Source: Scyliorhinus canicula (taxonomy: Eukaryota). Taken from it: 64,000 nt of DNA. A model generated the notes under the pieces. The model worked only from the letters and a program-made list of their open reading frames with translations, did no database searches and was not told the DNA's origin. Position numbers and translations under genes: made by a program. The stretch spans positions 186,001-250,000 of the forward strand of contig NW_024056028.1 of assembly GCF_902713615.1 (NCBI RefSeq), written 5' to 3'. Below, one piece after another: positions 22,201-34,754 of this stretch. Numbering within the stretch: the first letter of the stretch is position 1; the number at the start of each line of letters is the position of its first letter.

Positions 22201-23099
22201 TTAAATTAGGTTGGTAGAGGTTTGGAACTCTGTCGCACAAAAAGCAGTTGAAGCTAGAACAGTTGTTAATTTTAAATCTGAGATAGATAGATTTTTGTTA
22301 AGCAAAGATATTCAGGGATATTAACAAAAGGCAGGTGTATGGAATTAGGCCACAGATCAACCGTGATCTCATTAAATGGGGGGACAGGCGTGAGGGGATG
22401 AATGGCCTACTCTTATTCTTGTGACCTTTCAAAGATCTAGAACAGACATGATGGGCCAAATAGTTTCCATCTGTACGATATCATTCTACAAGTGAATATT
22501 CAGTATCATAGACAGAGAGAGGAATCACTGACTGTGTGATTGGAGCTAGCAAGAGTCAGCACCATCAGTAGAGGAGAGAGAGAGGGAAACACATAACAGC
22601 CTTAAAACCTCTGCTCTTCTTGGATGCAAAAGAGAACTTTCAGAAATCATAGAATTTACAGTTCAGATGGAGACTATTCATCCCAGGGAGTCTGCACTGG
22701 CCGTTGGACTCTTTCCACACACCCAACTTAAGCTCACGCGAAAGGGAAACTGCTGGAAAATCTCAGCACGTCTGGCAGCATCTGTAGGGAGAGAAAAGAG
22801 CTAACATTTAGAGTCCGATGACTCTTTGTCAAAGCTGACGACTCCACCCTATCTCCGCACCACCACCTAATCTTTTGGACACCAAGGGGAAATTCAGCCC
22901 CATATGGAACATAGCAGATCACCAATTCACAATTTGAGATTTTTAAACTATTTTATCTCAATTGGTAACAAAGTTTTTGTTGTATTAAATGTTTGAGCTT
23001 TCAATGGTGCGGTTAGTAGACTCGATGGGCCGAGTCTGCACTGTAAATTCTATGACTCTATGAGTACCCAACATTTCCCGCGACTCTGAATGTGCCCTA

Positions 23100-23410
23100 G
23101 TCCCGCAACAGGAGCCAGTGCGCAGGCGCATTGCTGTACCTGGAGCATGCGCAGTATCACTTTTCTGGGAGCCCTGCCAGTGCGGGAACGGTTTATTTTT
23201 CTGCAGGTGTGAGTCGGGGCGGAGAGAGGAATGGAGCCGGGTACCGCGGGTGGGGCGGAAGCGGAGGTTTTATAAACACCGGGTGCAGGTCCCAAGACCG
23301 GAATAGGATCCGGCAGGTCGCATGTTTGCAGCTGTGGAGCTTTTATCGGGGATCAGGCCCAGTTCCGCCGCCGCCATCGTCATCCAGCGGGTAGCAGAGC
23401 GCATGCGCGG
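23100..23410 (+). promoter_or_regulatory. CpG-rich promoter / first exon / intron-1 cassette, probably for ZNF-B
   Basis: tggagcatgcgcagt at 23141-23155, identical to 12784-12798; GTGAGT donor 23209-23214; gccgccatc and GCGCATGCGC (23399-23408). Confidence 0.65.
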
Positions 23411-24968
23411 ACATCCTGCTGCCAATGGAGAGAATCAGAATCCCGGCAAAAGGAGCCATTCGGCCCGTCCAGTCTGCACCCACCCTGGGAAAGAACAGCC
23501 TACCTACCCCCACACCCTATACCCATAACCCCACTTAATCATTTGGACACTAAGAGCAAATTTAGCATGGCCAACCCTGTTAAACTGCACATCTTTGGTC
23601 TGGCAGAGCTTTAGGGTTCCAGTGACCAGGAGAGAAATGTTTGTCTCATTGAGAAAGGTACAGGTTAAAGGCCGCTATCTTTAGAGGAGGGAAGTTCTGT
23701 AGGGCACATGTGCGGCCATCCCGATAACAGAAGGATAAGATCAGAATTTGAAGCAGAAAGAGGCCACTTGGACAATCAAGGCTGCTCTGCCATTCAGTAA
23801 ACTCATGGCTCATCTGATCATTCTCTTAACTCCATTTTCCCCTGCCCCCATCCTCCCTAACATTTTGTCTGCCTTGTAGGTAAAAATGTACAGAACACAA
23901 CCTTTAATATACTCAATGGCCCAGTCTCCTCTGCTCGCTGGGGGAGAGAATTCCACCGGCTACTGCTCCTCTGAAATAATTAATTGCTCCTCATCAAACT
24001 GTCCCTGCAATTCTTGATTCACTATTGAGAGGAAACATCTTTTCAGGACTTACCCTGCCAACCTCCCTCAGAATCTTATATATGCTTCAGTAAGATAACG
24101 TCTCATTTATCTAAATGGCAATGAGTATATGTGTAACCTGCCCAACTTTTCCTCATAAAACAAATCCCTTCATGTGAGGAATCAACTCAGCGAATCTTGC
24201 CCAACCTGCTTCCAACGTCAGCAGATCCCAGTTTACGTAATCCAATGCTAGGATACAGGAGGAGGGAATGTTATGAATTTATATACTGGATTGACTGATG
24301 GATTTTGGAAACTTGTTTTACAGGGGGTTAGAAGAGGAGGATTTTCACATAGCAATCTGAAGTCAGAAAAAATGTGTATCTCTTAATTTCTAACCACAAA
24401 TGACAATTATAATCTCTTTTTATAGTTAGGAGCTTTGAAGATTGTGATTTCCTCTAATTCCAGTGCTTCTGATATCTTTCCAGCTGCAGGTCCAGCAGGA
24501 GGTTTTAAATTTGAAAATGGTGAAATTGTTCCAGAGGTGAGTATTATTGAGCATTCATAATTTAGAGTTTTCAGTGTTGTGCTTTGTTATCTGTGCTCTA
24601 GTTCCAGGGCTCTGGGGCAGGTTTGGCTCCTTTACTGTGGATCTGAATCCATGTTCACCCATTGCTCTGTTTCAGCTTTGCTCTCCCTGAACACATCTCT
24701 ACCATTGTTTAACTTCTTCCTCTAATAGTGAGTTTATTTTAACCATGTTTGGTATTTTACTGTGATGTGGGTGGATATTGCTTGTGAACGTTGGTCTCTA
24801 GGCTCCAGGAGAGCTCCTTTTTCCACAGAATCATTTAAACATTACAGTACAGGTGAAGGCCATTCAGCCCATCATGCCTATGCTTTTTGCAAGAACTAAT
24901 CAGCCCCTCCCGCTCCTCTGCTCTTTCCTCCTATCCCTGCAGCGTGTTTTCTTTCCAGGGTCTTGTAC

Positions 24969-25305
24969 ATAGAACATAGAACAGTACAGCACAGAACAGG
25001 CCCTTCGGCCCTCGATGTTGTGCCGAGCCATGATCACCTTACTCAAACCCACGTATCCACCCTATACCCGTAACCCAACAACCCCCCCTAACCTTACTTT
25101 TTAGGACACTACGGGCAATTTAGCATGGCCAATCCACCTAACCCGCACATCTTTGGACTGTGGGAGGAACCCAGAGCACCCGGAGGAAACCCACGCACAC
25201 ACGGGGAGGACGTGCAGACTCCGCACAGACAGTGACCCAAGCCGGGAATCAAACCTGGGACCCTGGAGCTGTGAAGCGATTGTGTTATCCACAATGCTAC
25301 CGTGC
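24969..25305 (-). mobile_element. HE1 SINE, full length
   Basis: Near-identical to 9016-9361. Confidence 0.92.
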
Positions 25306-26600
25306 ATTTGTTTTGTTGTTTCAGTTTGGCTAGAGTGGAGATGGAGGAGAAGCTTCTGGGTTTTACCCTGAGGAATTTGACCCCAGTTTGGAGCAATGAT
25401 TTCAGATTAAAAATTGTCAAGGGAGTAGATTCCAAGGGAGATTGGGTTGCTAAACTGACATTTAGAAACAAGTTTTTCTGGAGGTGATTTTGATCTATTT
25501 TTATGTACATATTTTGTCAAATTTATTCTTGGGATTTGGGTGTCACCAACAAGACCAGCAGCAAATATTTCCAATCCCCAGTTATCTGTGGAGAAGATGA
25601 TGTTTTGCTTTCTTCACCACCGCAGTCCGTGTTGTGAAAGGACTCAAACAATGTTATTAGATAAGGAGTTACAGGATTTATACCCAGCCATAATGCAGCA
25701 ATGCCAAAAATGCCCAAGTCAGTGTCAATGATTTGTAGTTATATACGTTTAACATATTAACATTTTCAAAGACATTTCACAGAAATGGCAGAAAGCAGCA
25801 TTTGACACTGAGCCACATGACGGGATATTAGAGCCGGTGACCGAAAGCTTAGTCAAAGAAGATTTTCAGGATTTTCAATGAGGTTCCGAAATGGAGAGAT
25901 TTAAGGAGGAAATTCCTGAGGCCCAGGGAACTGAAACAACAGCCAGCAGTGCTGGTGTGATTGAAATGTGGAATGCTCATGATGCTGCAATGAGATGTGC
26001 ACAGATATCTCGCAGAGTTGTGTGACTGGAGGAGATTTTAGAGAGAGGGATGGTCACTCCCAGAGATACATGGTCGGAAGCCCAGTTTGGGGTCAAAGAT
26101 GGCAACCGTGTTGTGAAGCTGGTTCAGCTTCAGACAGTTGCTGGAGAGAGGGATGGAGTCAGTGGTTTAGAGAGTGAAATTGGTATCAGGATCACTGTAT
26201 ATTATGTATATCTTCATGTATGAATCTCTCTCTATATATCACTCTCTATCTCTCTTCACCCCTAGTGTCCAAACTCTTGTACAGTCTCTGCCCGGGTGGC
26301 AGGTTCCCTTCGCTGAGGACATCACTGAACCAGTTGGGTTTTTATGACAATCCAGCAGTTTTCATGGTCACTTTTTCCCAGTGCCGGACCCACAAATGAC
26401 CAGATTGATTCAGCTCAATTTCACAACCTGCCTTTGTGTTCTTGTGGGTTCTCTCTCACTCCCTATTTAATGTTTTAAATCAATTTCACAGGCTGTTACA
26501 AGGGGAGAGTTTGCAGTCAGAAAACGAAAACCAAACATCACATCAGGATCAGACGGAGTTGCCTATTTTATTATAACCTGAATATGATCGGATTTTAAAC

Positions 26601-27386
26601 ATGGAAGAAAAGAGCACCGTTCACAGTGAAGAGAAACCGTACAAGTGTTCTGTGTGTGGGCGAGGCTTCAGCCAATCATCAAGCCTCTCGAGACACAAGT
26701 GCAGTCACAACAAGGAGAAGTTGTTGAAATGTGGGGACTGTGGGAAAGGATTCACTCATTCATCCGCCCTACAGAATCACCAGCGAGTTCACACTGGGGA
26801 AAGACCGTTCATCTGCTCCAAGTGTGGAAAGGCATTCACTCAGTCCAGCAGCCTGCGTTTACACAAACTCACTCACACTGGGGAGAGACCTTTCATCTGC
26901 TCAGAGTGTGGGAAGGGATTCACTCGATCATCAAACTTGCGAGTACACCAGCAGGGTCACACTGACGAGAGGCCTTTTAAATGCTCAGACTGCGGGAAGT
27001 GCTATAAAAGTTCTGGACAATTGATGTCCCATCAACGTGTTCACAGTGATGAGAGACCATTCAGGTGCTCTCGCTGTGGGACTGGGTTCAGACGATCAAC
27101 AAACCTGACTGTACACCAACGTGTTCACACTGGGGAGAGACCATTCACCTGCTCCGTGTGTGGGAAGGGATTCATTGATTTATCCACCCTTTTGAAACAC
27201 AAGCGCTTGCACACTGGAGAGAGGCCATTCACCTGCCCTGAGTGTGGGAAGGGATTCACTCAGTCAGCCAACCTGCTGAGGCACCAGCAGATTCACACTG
27301 GAGAGAGGTCATTCACCTGCTCTGATTGTGGGAAAGGATTCATTGAGTTACCCAATCTGCTGAGACACCAGCAGGTTCACAAGTAA
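26601..27386 (+). CDS. C2H2 zinc-finger protein, 9 fingers, 261 aa (ZNF-B)
   Basis: Open ORF with 9 canonical fingers; acceptor tttcacag at 26490-26491; in-frame TAA in the leader upstream of the ATG. Confidence 0.92.
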   Translation: MEEKSTVHSEEKPYKCSVCGRGFSQSSSLSRHKCSHNKEKLLKCGDCGKGFTHSSALQNHQRVHTGERPFICSKCGKAFTQSSSLRLHKLTHTGERPFICSECGKGFTRSSNLRVHQQGHTDERPFKCSDCGKCYKSSGQLMSHQRVHSDERPFRCSRCGTGFRRSTNLTVHQRVHTGERPFTCSVCGKGFIDLSTLLKHKRLHTGERPFTCPECGKGFTQSANLLRHQQIHTGERSFTCSDCGKGFIELPNLLRHQQVHK

Positions 27387-27912
27387 CTACTGTGATTTGA
27401 TTTTGCTGTTACACAGATCCAGGACTGAACCATGTTTACTGGGATCTGTTTTTGTTCTTCTTCCTCTTTCCCCCTCTCCTGTCAATCACACATTCCTCTC
27501 CCAATCCCCCTGTATTTCTGAGTACGCCGCACCTTTCCATCTGATCTTCAACATTTCTCTTCTTCCTCCTGACAGTCCCATGTCCATCATTTGCCTCACA
27601 TTTCCTCCTTCTCTCTCCACAGTAGATATCCAGACCATTTCAATCCCTTCTCGGCTACAGTCTTCAACCAGTTATTGTTCCTCTCTTCTTGATGTAATCC
27701 AAGTTCCTGCATGATATAACAAGGCCAGTCTCACAGTTGTCTTATTGATTCTTCCTTTTCAGTTTCAATGACAATTTTCTGTCACATAACATTCCGTCGC
27801 ACTTCTTCCAATTGCTCCAACCAGAACTGATCTGATTCTTCATTTCCAAACTTCCATCTTTTCTCACATACTAGAAGCTACTCACTTTCTCCAAATCTTC
27901 ACCCATAATCTT

Positions 27913-28117
27913 TACACCTTCACTCTGATCCCCTTCCCTAATCCCAGTGTCAGCTACACCTTCACTCTGATCCCCTTCCCTAATCCCAGTGTCAGCTACA
28001 CCTTCACTCTGATCCCCTTCCCTAATCCCAGTGTCAGATACACCTTCACTCTGATCCCTTTCCCTAATCCCAGTGTCAGCTACACCTTCACTCTGATCCC
28101 CTTCCCAGTGTCAGCCC
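27913..28117. repeat. 42-bp minisatellite, about 4.8 copies
   Basis: tacaccttcactctgatccccttccctaatcccagtgtcagc starts at 27913, 27955, 27997, 28039 and 28081. Confidence 0.95.
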
Positions 28118-28159
28118 ATAAATTGGGTCTTTGGTTCATTGCTGACTTTGAGGAGGGTT

Positions 28160-28460
28160 GCATGGTGGCACAGTAGTTAGCTCTGCTGCCTCACAGTGCC
28201 AGGACCTGATTCAATTCCGGTCTTGGATAAATGTCTGTGGGTAGTTTGCACGTTCTCCCTATGTCTGCGTGGGTTTCCTCCGGGTGCACTGGTTCCCTCC
28301 AACAGTCAAACCACGTGCAGGTTAGGTGGATTGGCCACGATCGGCGTGTGGGGTTATGGGGATAGGGTGGGTGAGTGGACCTCAGTAGTTTGCTCTTTCA
28401 GAGGGTGCTTGCAGACTCGATGGGCTGAATGGCCTCTTTTTGCACTGTAGTCATTCTGTG
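28160..28460 (+). mobile_element. HE1 SINE
   Basis: ggtggcacagtagttagc head and HE1 core. Confidence 0.85.
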
Positions 28461-28799
28461 ATTCTAAATCTGTCATCCTTATCTGGTCTGTTCAACCATT
28501 TCTCTCTCTACAGATGCTGCCAAACCTGCTGGTTTTCTGTTTTCATTTCCGATTTCCAGCATCCGCAGTATTTTGCTTTTATTAAATACACTCGTTTTGT
28601 TACATTGCCGTTCCCGATATTTCTCTGTCATTTGTCTCAAAACGTACCTTTGGAATCTGTTTCTATTGATGTTAATAAACTCGATCCCAATCATTGTGTT
28701 AATATTCTGGATAAAAATCAAATAAATCAGCTTTGTCTTGAATAGCCAGTGTCAATCATTTTAATATCTCTAATACAAGTTAGTTCCTTTATCCTCTCC

Positions 28800-29400
28800 T
28801 TCATCCACAGCAGGTGTGAGGAGCTGATGGAGCTTCTTTGTCACTAAGATTGAGACAATCTGATCAGCTGTCTCTGCTGCTTCCCTCCCTTCCACTAGCC
28901 CAGCAGTTCAAAATTGCTCTGAAGATCTGCTCAGCCCTGGCCCTAAACTGTCGTCTTTCTTTTGTTTCTCTCCATGTCCCCCCCAGACCTCATCGTGTCT
29001 CTGAGACCCACCGTCCATTCGATTCACTCTTTCCCACTAAACTGACAATCACCCAGAGAGTTCTGGCGGAGCGCAACTTAATGGAGAATGGAAGATGGGA
29101 ATCAGTCAGGAGGGCATTGGAATAGCTGAACCTGGAAGTAACAAAGAGACGGGAATTTCGGCAGTAAATCGGCTGATGCAGGATGGAGCTAATTGTCTTA
29201 CAGATGTGAAAAGAGGTCATCTCAGTGATGGAAAGGATATGGAGTCAGTAGCTCAGCTCAAGGTTAAAGAAGAAATGAAGTTTGCAATTGGTCTGGTTCA
29301 GACTGCGGGCAGGGAGGAGAATGGTGTCAGTGAGACGAACAGATGTTTATGGAGTGGGGAGGTGCTGGGTGTAGCACGGGGGTGGAGTTCATGGGTCTGA
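28800..29400. mobile_element. L2-like LINE fragments in both orientations
   Basis: gtgtgaggagctgatggagcttctttgtcactaagattgagacaatc homologous to 5490-5740. Confidence 0.55.
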
Positions 29401-29454
29401 GTAATAATCCACCTCCTGGGCCACACTTTACAGAACACAGAATTAATCCATCTC

Positions 29455-30270
29455 TGCATAAGAAGTAAGAGCAGGAGTAGGCAATTCAGCCCCTCGAGCC
29501 GACTACGCCATTCGATATGATCATGGCTGATCTCCTCTCGGACTCCACTCATCTTTCCTGCCCATTCTCCACAACCCTTTGACCCATAGGGGCTGGTTTA
29601 GCTCACAAGGCTAAATCGCTGGCTTTTAAAGCAGGCCAGCAGCCCGGTTCGATTCCCGTACCAGCCTCCCCGGACAGGCGCCGGAATGTGGCGACTAGGG
29701 GCTTTTCACAGTAACTTCATTGAAGCCTACTCGTGACAATAAGTGATTTTCATTTCATTTCATTACGTATTTAAAAACCTGTCTATTTTCTCTTTAAATT
29801 TACTCAAAGTCCCGGATCCACTTCACTCCTGGGTAGTGAATTCTGCAGATTCACGGCCCTTTGAGAGAAATAATATCTCCTCATCTTTGTTTTAAATCTG
29901 CTCCCCCTTATCCTCAAACTATGACCTCTAGTTCTAGATTGCCCCACAAGATTCTACTTTGTCAATACATTTTTCATCTTGTATACCTCAATTAGATCTC
30001 CTCTCATTCTTCCAAACTGGACAGAGTATAGACCTAAGCTGCTCAATCTCTGGTCATAAAACAAACTCATATCGGGAATCAATCTAGTGAACCTCCTCTG
30101 AACTTCCTCTAATGCAACTACATCCCTCCTCAAATAAGGGCACCAACCTGTACACAGGACTTCACGTGTGTCTCACCAATGCCTTGTACAGTTGCAGCAA
30201 CACGTCCCTACTTTTATACTCTTTAGCTATAAAGGACAAAATTCCATTGGCCTTCCTTATTACCTGCATA
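29455..30270 (-). mobile_element. CR1 3' fragment with a SINE insertion
   Basis: cataagaagtaagagcaggagtaggc tail and reverse ORF2 C-terminus. Confidence 0.75.
29588..29763 (+). mobile_element. SINE family 2
   Basis: Matches 5301-5490. Confidence 0.75.
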
Positions 30271-30454
30271 GCTAGTTTTCTGAGATTAGGATTAGATCAC
30301 AGAAACATTCAAACCAATCTCAGTGTATTGACAAAATTCTTGCTCGCTAATCAAGCTTTCAATGACAATGTTACAATCCATAATTTTCCATATGGATAGA
30401 ATGTGTCCCATTAATGACCAGAGGAGCCCAGTGTGATTCCTTGGCATGTTCAGT

Positions 30455-31000
30455 ACAATAGAACATAGAACACTACGGCGCAGTACGGGCCCTTCGGCCC
30501 TCGATGTTGCGCCGACCTGTGAAACCATCTGAAGCCTATCTGACCTACACTATTCCATTTTCATCCATATGTCTATCCAGTGACCACTTAAATGCCCTTA
30601 AAGTTGGCGAGTCTACTACTATTGCAGGCAGGGCGTTCCACACCCCTACTACTCTCTGAGTAAAGAAACTGCCTCTGACATCTGTCCTATATCTATCACC
30701 CCTCAATGTAAAGCTATGTCCCCTCGTGTTGGTCATCACCATCCGAGGAAAAAGACTCTCACTGTCCACCCTATCTAACCCTCTGACTATCTTATATGTC
30801 TCTATTAAGTCACCTCTCAGCCTTCTCCTCTCTTAACGAAAACAACCTCAATTCCCTGAGCCTTTCCTCGTAAGACCTTCCCTCCATACCAGGCAACATC
30901 CTAGTAAATCTCCTCTGAACCCTCTCCAAAGCTTCCACATCCTTCCTATAATGTGGTGACCAGAACTGCACGCAGTACTCCAGGTGCGGCCGCACCAGAG
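30455..31000 (-). mobile_element. Young CR1 3' end
   Basis: ORF 30810-30995 [32 protein letters not shown]; atagaacatagaac tail. Confidence 0.92.
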
Positions 31001-31064
31001 TGGTGGATGGGGAACATGCTGATCAGGAGCTGGGAAGAGATTGCATTGAATTAAATAGAATTCC

Positions 31065-31235
31065 CCTTTGAGGAGGAGAGCTGACTGGTGGAGATTTAAC
31101 CTGAGGATTGCCACATCTCAGGCAAGGAGTAAGGTTGAGAAGGCCTTTGTGAATATCCTCAGCTGATATGGGAATTGAACCCATGCTGTTGTCCTTGCTC
31201 TATCATGAACCAGCCGTCTAACCAACTGAGCTAAA
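31065..31235 (-). mobile_element. tRNA-derived SINE family 3
   Basis: gagagctgactggtgg.gatttaacctgagg...aattgaaccc...ccaactgagct; homologous to 42955-43155 and 58970-59166. Confidence 0.75.
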
Positions 31236-32926
31236 CAGAGAATATTGAGTCTAGAAATAGACCATTTGGTTTCACTAATCTGGACTGGTGATTATAGTTC
31301 TCAAATCTCTTTCCAATCCATCTCCCTCATCTCAGCCTTTCAACTTACCTTTCTATTTTCTTTTCTCTCATGTAATCATCTAATTTCCTTTTGAAAACAT
31401 TTAAATGATTTCACCTAAACCACTTCCTGTGGTGTTGAATTTCACATTCTAACAGCTCTCTTGAGTAAAGGCATTTTTCCTTCTTTCCATCTTGGATTTA
31501 TTACTTGCTAATTTGTCTATCTGGCACTAGTTTTTGATTTACCCCCAAGTGGAAATATTGGCTTCACAGCTACCCAATCCCATTAATAATTTTAAAAACC
31601 TCTATCAGATTCCCTCAAAGCCTCTTTTCCGAAGAAGGAATCCCAAACCTGTTCAATCTTCCACAATAACTTCAAACCTCAGCTTTGCTATTATCCGTAC
31701 AAATTTGATAGTTTTGCTTCTGGCAACAATTGCACTGATCCTTGTTTATCAGAATTTGTTTACCCTTTTCCAACCTGAAATTGGTGAGGGAGAGGGGGGT
31801 GAATGACACAGAATTTGCATTGGGGAGGACCCAGGTATTCGCCTTTGGACTCGATCTCTCCTAGGATGCTCAGACAATGGTTGAAGCTCTCAATGGCGAG
31901 ACACTTACCCAGACCCCCCGCTCTGCGGAAAGTCCCCTATCAGTGAGTGTAGGAGACCAGTGCACAGGTGCAGTGTGGGTGTGTGCTCTGAGCGTGCTCA
32001 GTGTCAGTCATGGTGAGACAGGAGGAGCGGACGGTTCGGGAAGAGATTGTGAGCACAGGGTAGGAATGGAAACCGTGGCTGCACTGGGAACTTTATCAAC
32101 TTCTGGGATAGTCTTGAGGCCCTGAATAAGAGGCCGCAGGCCCCGTGTTTACCGCGGTGACAGGCCCAGGGGGAGCGGGCTCACTGGCCATCATCTTGCA
32201 AGTGGCAGTCGGGCGGATCAGGGAAAGGGAATTGGTTATTCGACCCCTCGAGCTTGCTGCACCATTCAGTAAGACCATGGCTGATCTGATTGTGGCCACA
32301 ACACCACATTCCCACCTACCCCAATTACATTTCACCCTCTTGCTCATCAAGAATCTATCAACCTCTTCCTTAAATATATTCAATATCTCTGCTCTCTGGG
32401 AAGAGAGTTCCATAAATTCATGACCTTCTGAGACAAAAACATTCTCCTCATCTCCATTCCAAATGGGAGGCCCCTTATTATTAAACTCTGTCCTTTAGTT
32501 CTGGTCTCTCCCACAGGGAAAACATCCTTCAACATCCACTCCGTCAAGTCCTCTCAGGACCGTTACATATTCTGTCAGTTTACCTCTCGAACCTCTAAAC
32601 TCTGGTGGCTTCAGGTCCAGCCTGTCCCACTTTTCTAACGCATTTCTATCTTTTCTTCAATATGGAGGCCAAATCTGTACACATTACAGTAGATCTGGTT
32701 TCATCAACAGTTACAAAAATCATCCCACTTTTATTTTACCTTCGAAGTCATATAATACCTGCAGTGCAGAAGGAGGCCATTTGGCCCATCGAGTCTGCAC
32801 CGACTCTGAAACAGCAGCATACTTAGGCCCACTCTAGCCCTGAACCCCCCCAAACCTGCTAAGGGGCAATTTAGCTTGATCGATCCACGTAATTTGCCCA
32901 TCTTTGGACTGTGGGAGGAAACCCGT

Positions 32927-33225
32927 GGGGCAGCACGGTGACACAGTAGTTAGCACTGTTGCTCCAGGGACTTGGGTTCGATTCCCGGCTTGGGTCACTG
33001 TCTGTGTGGAGTCTGCACGTTCTCCCCGTGTCTGCGTGGGTTTCCTCCGGCTACTCTAGTTTCCTCCCACAAATCCTGAAAGATGTGCTTGTTTGGTGAA
33101 TTGGACATTCTGAATTCTCCCTCAGTGTACCTGAACAGGTGCCGGAATGTGGCGACTAGGGGATTTTCACAGGGACTTCATTGCAGTGTTAATGTAAGTC
33201 TACATGTGACACTAATAAAAATTAT
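32927..33225 (+). mobile_element. HE1 SINE variant inserted into a reverse HE1 tail
   Basis: gggcagcacggtgacacagtagttagc head; reverse HE1 fragment at 32735-32925. Confidence 0.85.
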
Positions 33226-34135
33226 TAGATAGATTTGGTGTCATCTTGACAGGTGAAGAGAGGATGTTTCCCCTCTGGCAGGTGTCCAGTGGTGTACCAC
33301 AGGAATCTGTGATGGGTCTGTCATGTATATAAATGACAGAGGTGACTATGTGGTGGGAGAGTTTAGGATCCGTACGTTTGGATGACACAAAGATTAGCCA
33401 GGTGGTTAACAGTGAGGTTGAGTGTGTTGGGTTATAGGAAGATATAGATGGGATGGTCAAAATGGTAAAAATTGGCAGATGGAATTTAACCTGGAATATA
33501 CATTGGAAGGAGTAATATGACAAGGAAGTATTCAGTGAATGGCCTGACACTGGGAAGTTCCGAGATACAAAGGGACTTTGACGTGTTTGTTTAGATATCA
33601 CCGAAGGCTGAAGGGCAGGTTAATAGGCTGGTGATAATGGCAGATGGGACACTTGCTTTTATCAGTCGAGGCGTAGATTACAAAAGCAGGGAGGCCATGT
33701 TGGAGTTGTATAGAACTTTGGTGAGGCCACAGCTGGAGTACTGTGTGCAATTCTGGTCGCCACATTATAGGAAGGATGTGATTGTATTGGAGGGGGTGCA
33801 GAGGTGATTCACAAGATGTTGCCTGGGATGGAACATGTGAGTTAGGAAGAGAGGTTGGATCGGCTTGGATTGTTTTCGCTGGAGCAGAGACGACTGAGAG
33901 GCAACCTGATCGAGTGCACAAGTTTATGAGGGGCATGGACAGAGTGGATAGGGAATAGCTGTTCCCCTCAGTTGAAGGGTCAGTTACGAGAAGTCATACG
34001 TTCAAGATGAGGGGCAGGAGGTTTAGGGTGTATTTGAGGAAAAGCTTTTTTACCCAGAGGATGGTGACGGTCTGGAATGCACTGCCTGGGAGGGTGGGAG
34101 AGGGGGGTTGTGTTACATCCTTTATAAAGTACCCT
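33225..34135 (+). mobile_element. CR1 RT/C-terminal fragments
   Basis: ggtgtaccacaggaatctg and gaggccacagctggagtactgtgtgcaattctggtcgcc motifs. Confidence 0.85.
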
Positions 34136-34754
34136 GTAAATTAAATTGGCAAAATATGTAATTTGAACTATGGAAATCTAGAATAACTTGAGATTTAAAA
34201 AAAGTAAGGGATAAGACCCACAATGGGATAACAGCAGCAGCTTGTCTGAAATACAGAGAACTTCACAGGCATTAAAGATCACAGCTAGGGACAACACATC
34301 CTGTTTTTCCAAGTTAAAAAGACATTTGATCAATTTAAATTCTTAAGTTATATAAAAAGGAACAGTAATTCACAATTCCTTAGAAGTGCATTATTTTACT
34401 GAACAGTTAAAAAAGGAACAGCCAGGATCTTAAGTTTAAATTAGGGAATAAATGTGAGGCATGAAACCTTGCTGACGCCAGTTAAAAATGAGACAACTGC
34501 TTTCCAGATAAAGAAACGCACAAGGTGGTACGTTTATACCATAACTTTCACATTTTTGACGTTAAAACTTTTTAGCAAATAGCCAAGCCGGATAAGGTTA
34601 GAGTTACAGGGGGCAACCTGCCGCTGACACCAGCTGACCCTTAAAAGTGCAGAGGCGAACTGCTTCGATGAACACGAGTTCTTACCCAGTATTGAGACTG
34701 AAAAAACATCACTCGAGACAGACAAATTTAGCACCTGCCAAACAAATGCATTAC

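Larger units (their letters stand above)
20570..22420 (+). mobile_element. Decayed CR1 RT/C-terminal region with nested insertions
   Basis: ttccagaaggcatttgacaaagttccacat, GVPQGSV and RPHLEYCEQFWAP motifs. Confidence 0.85.
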
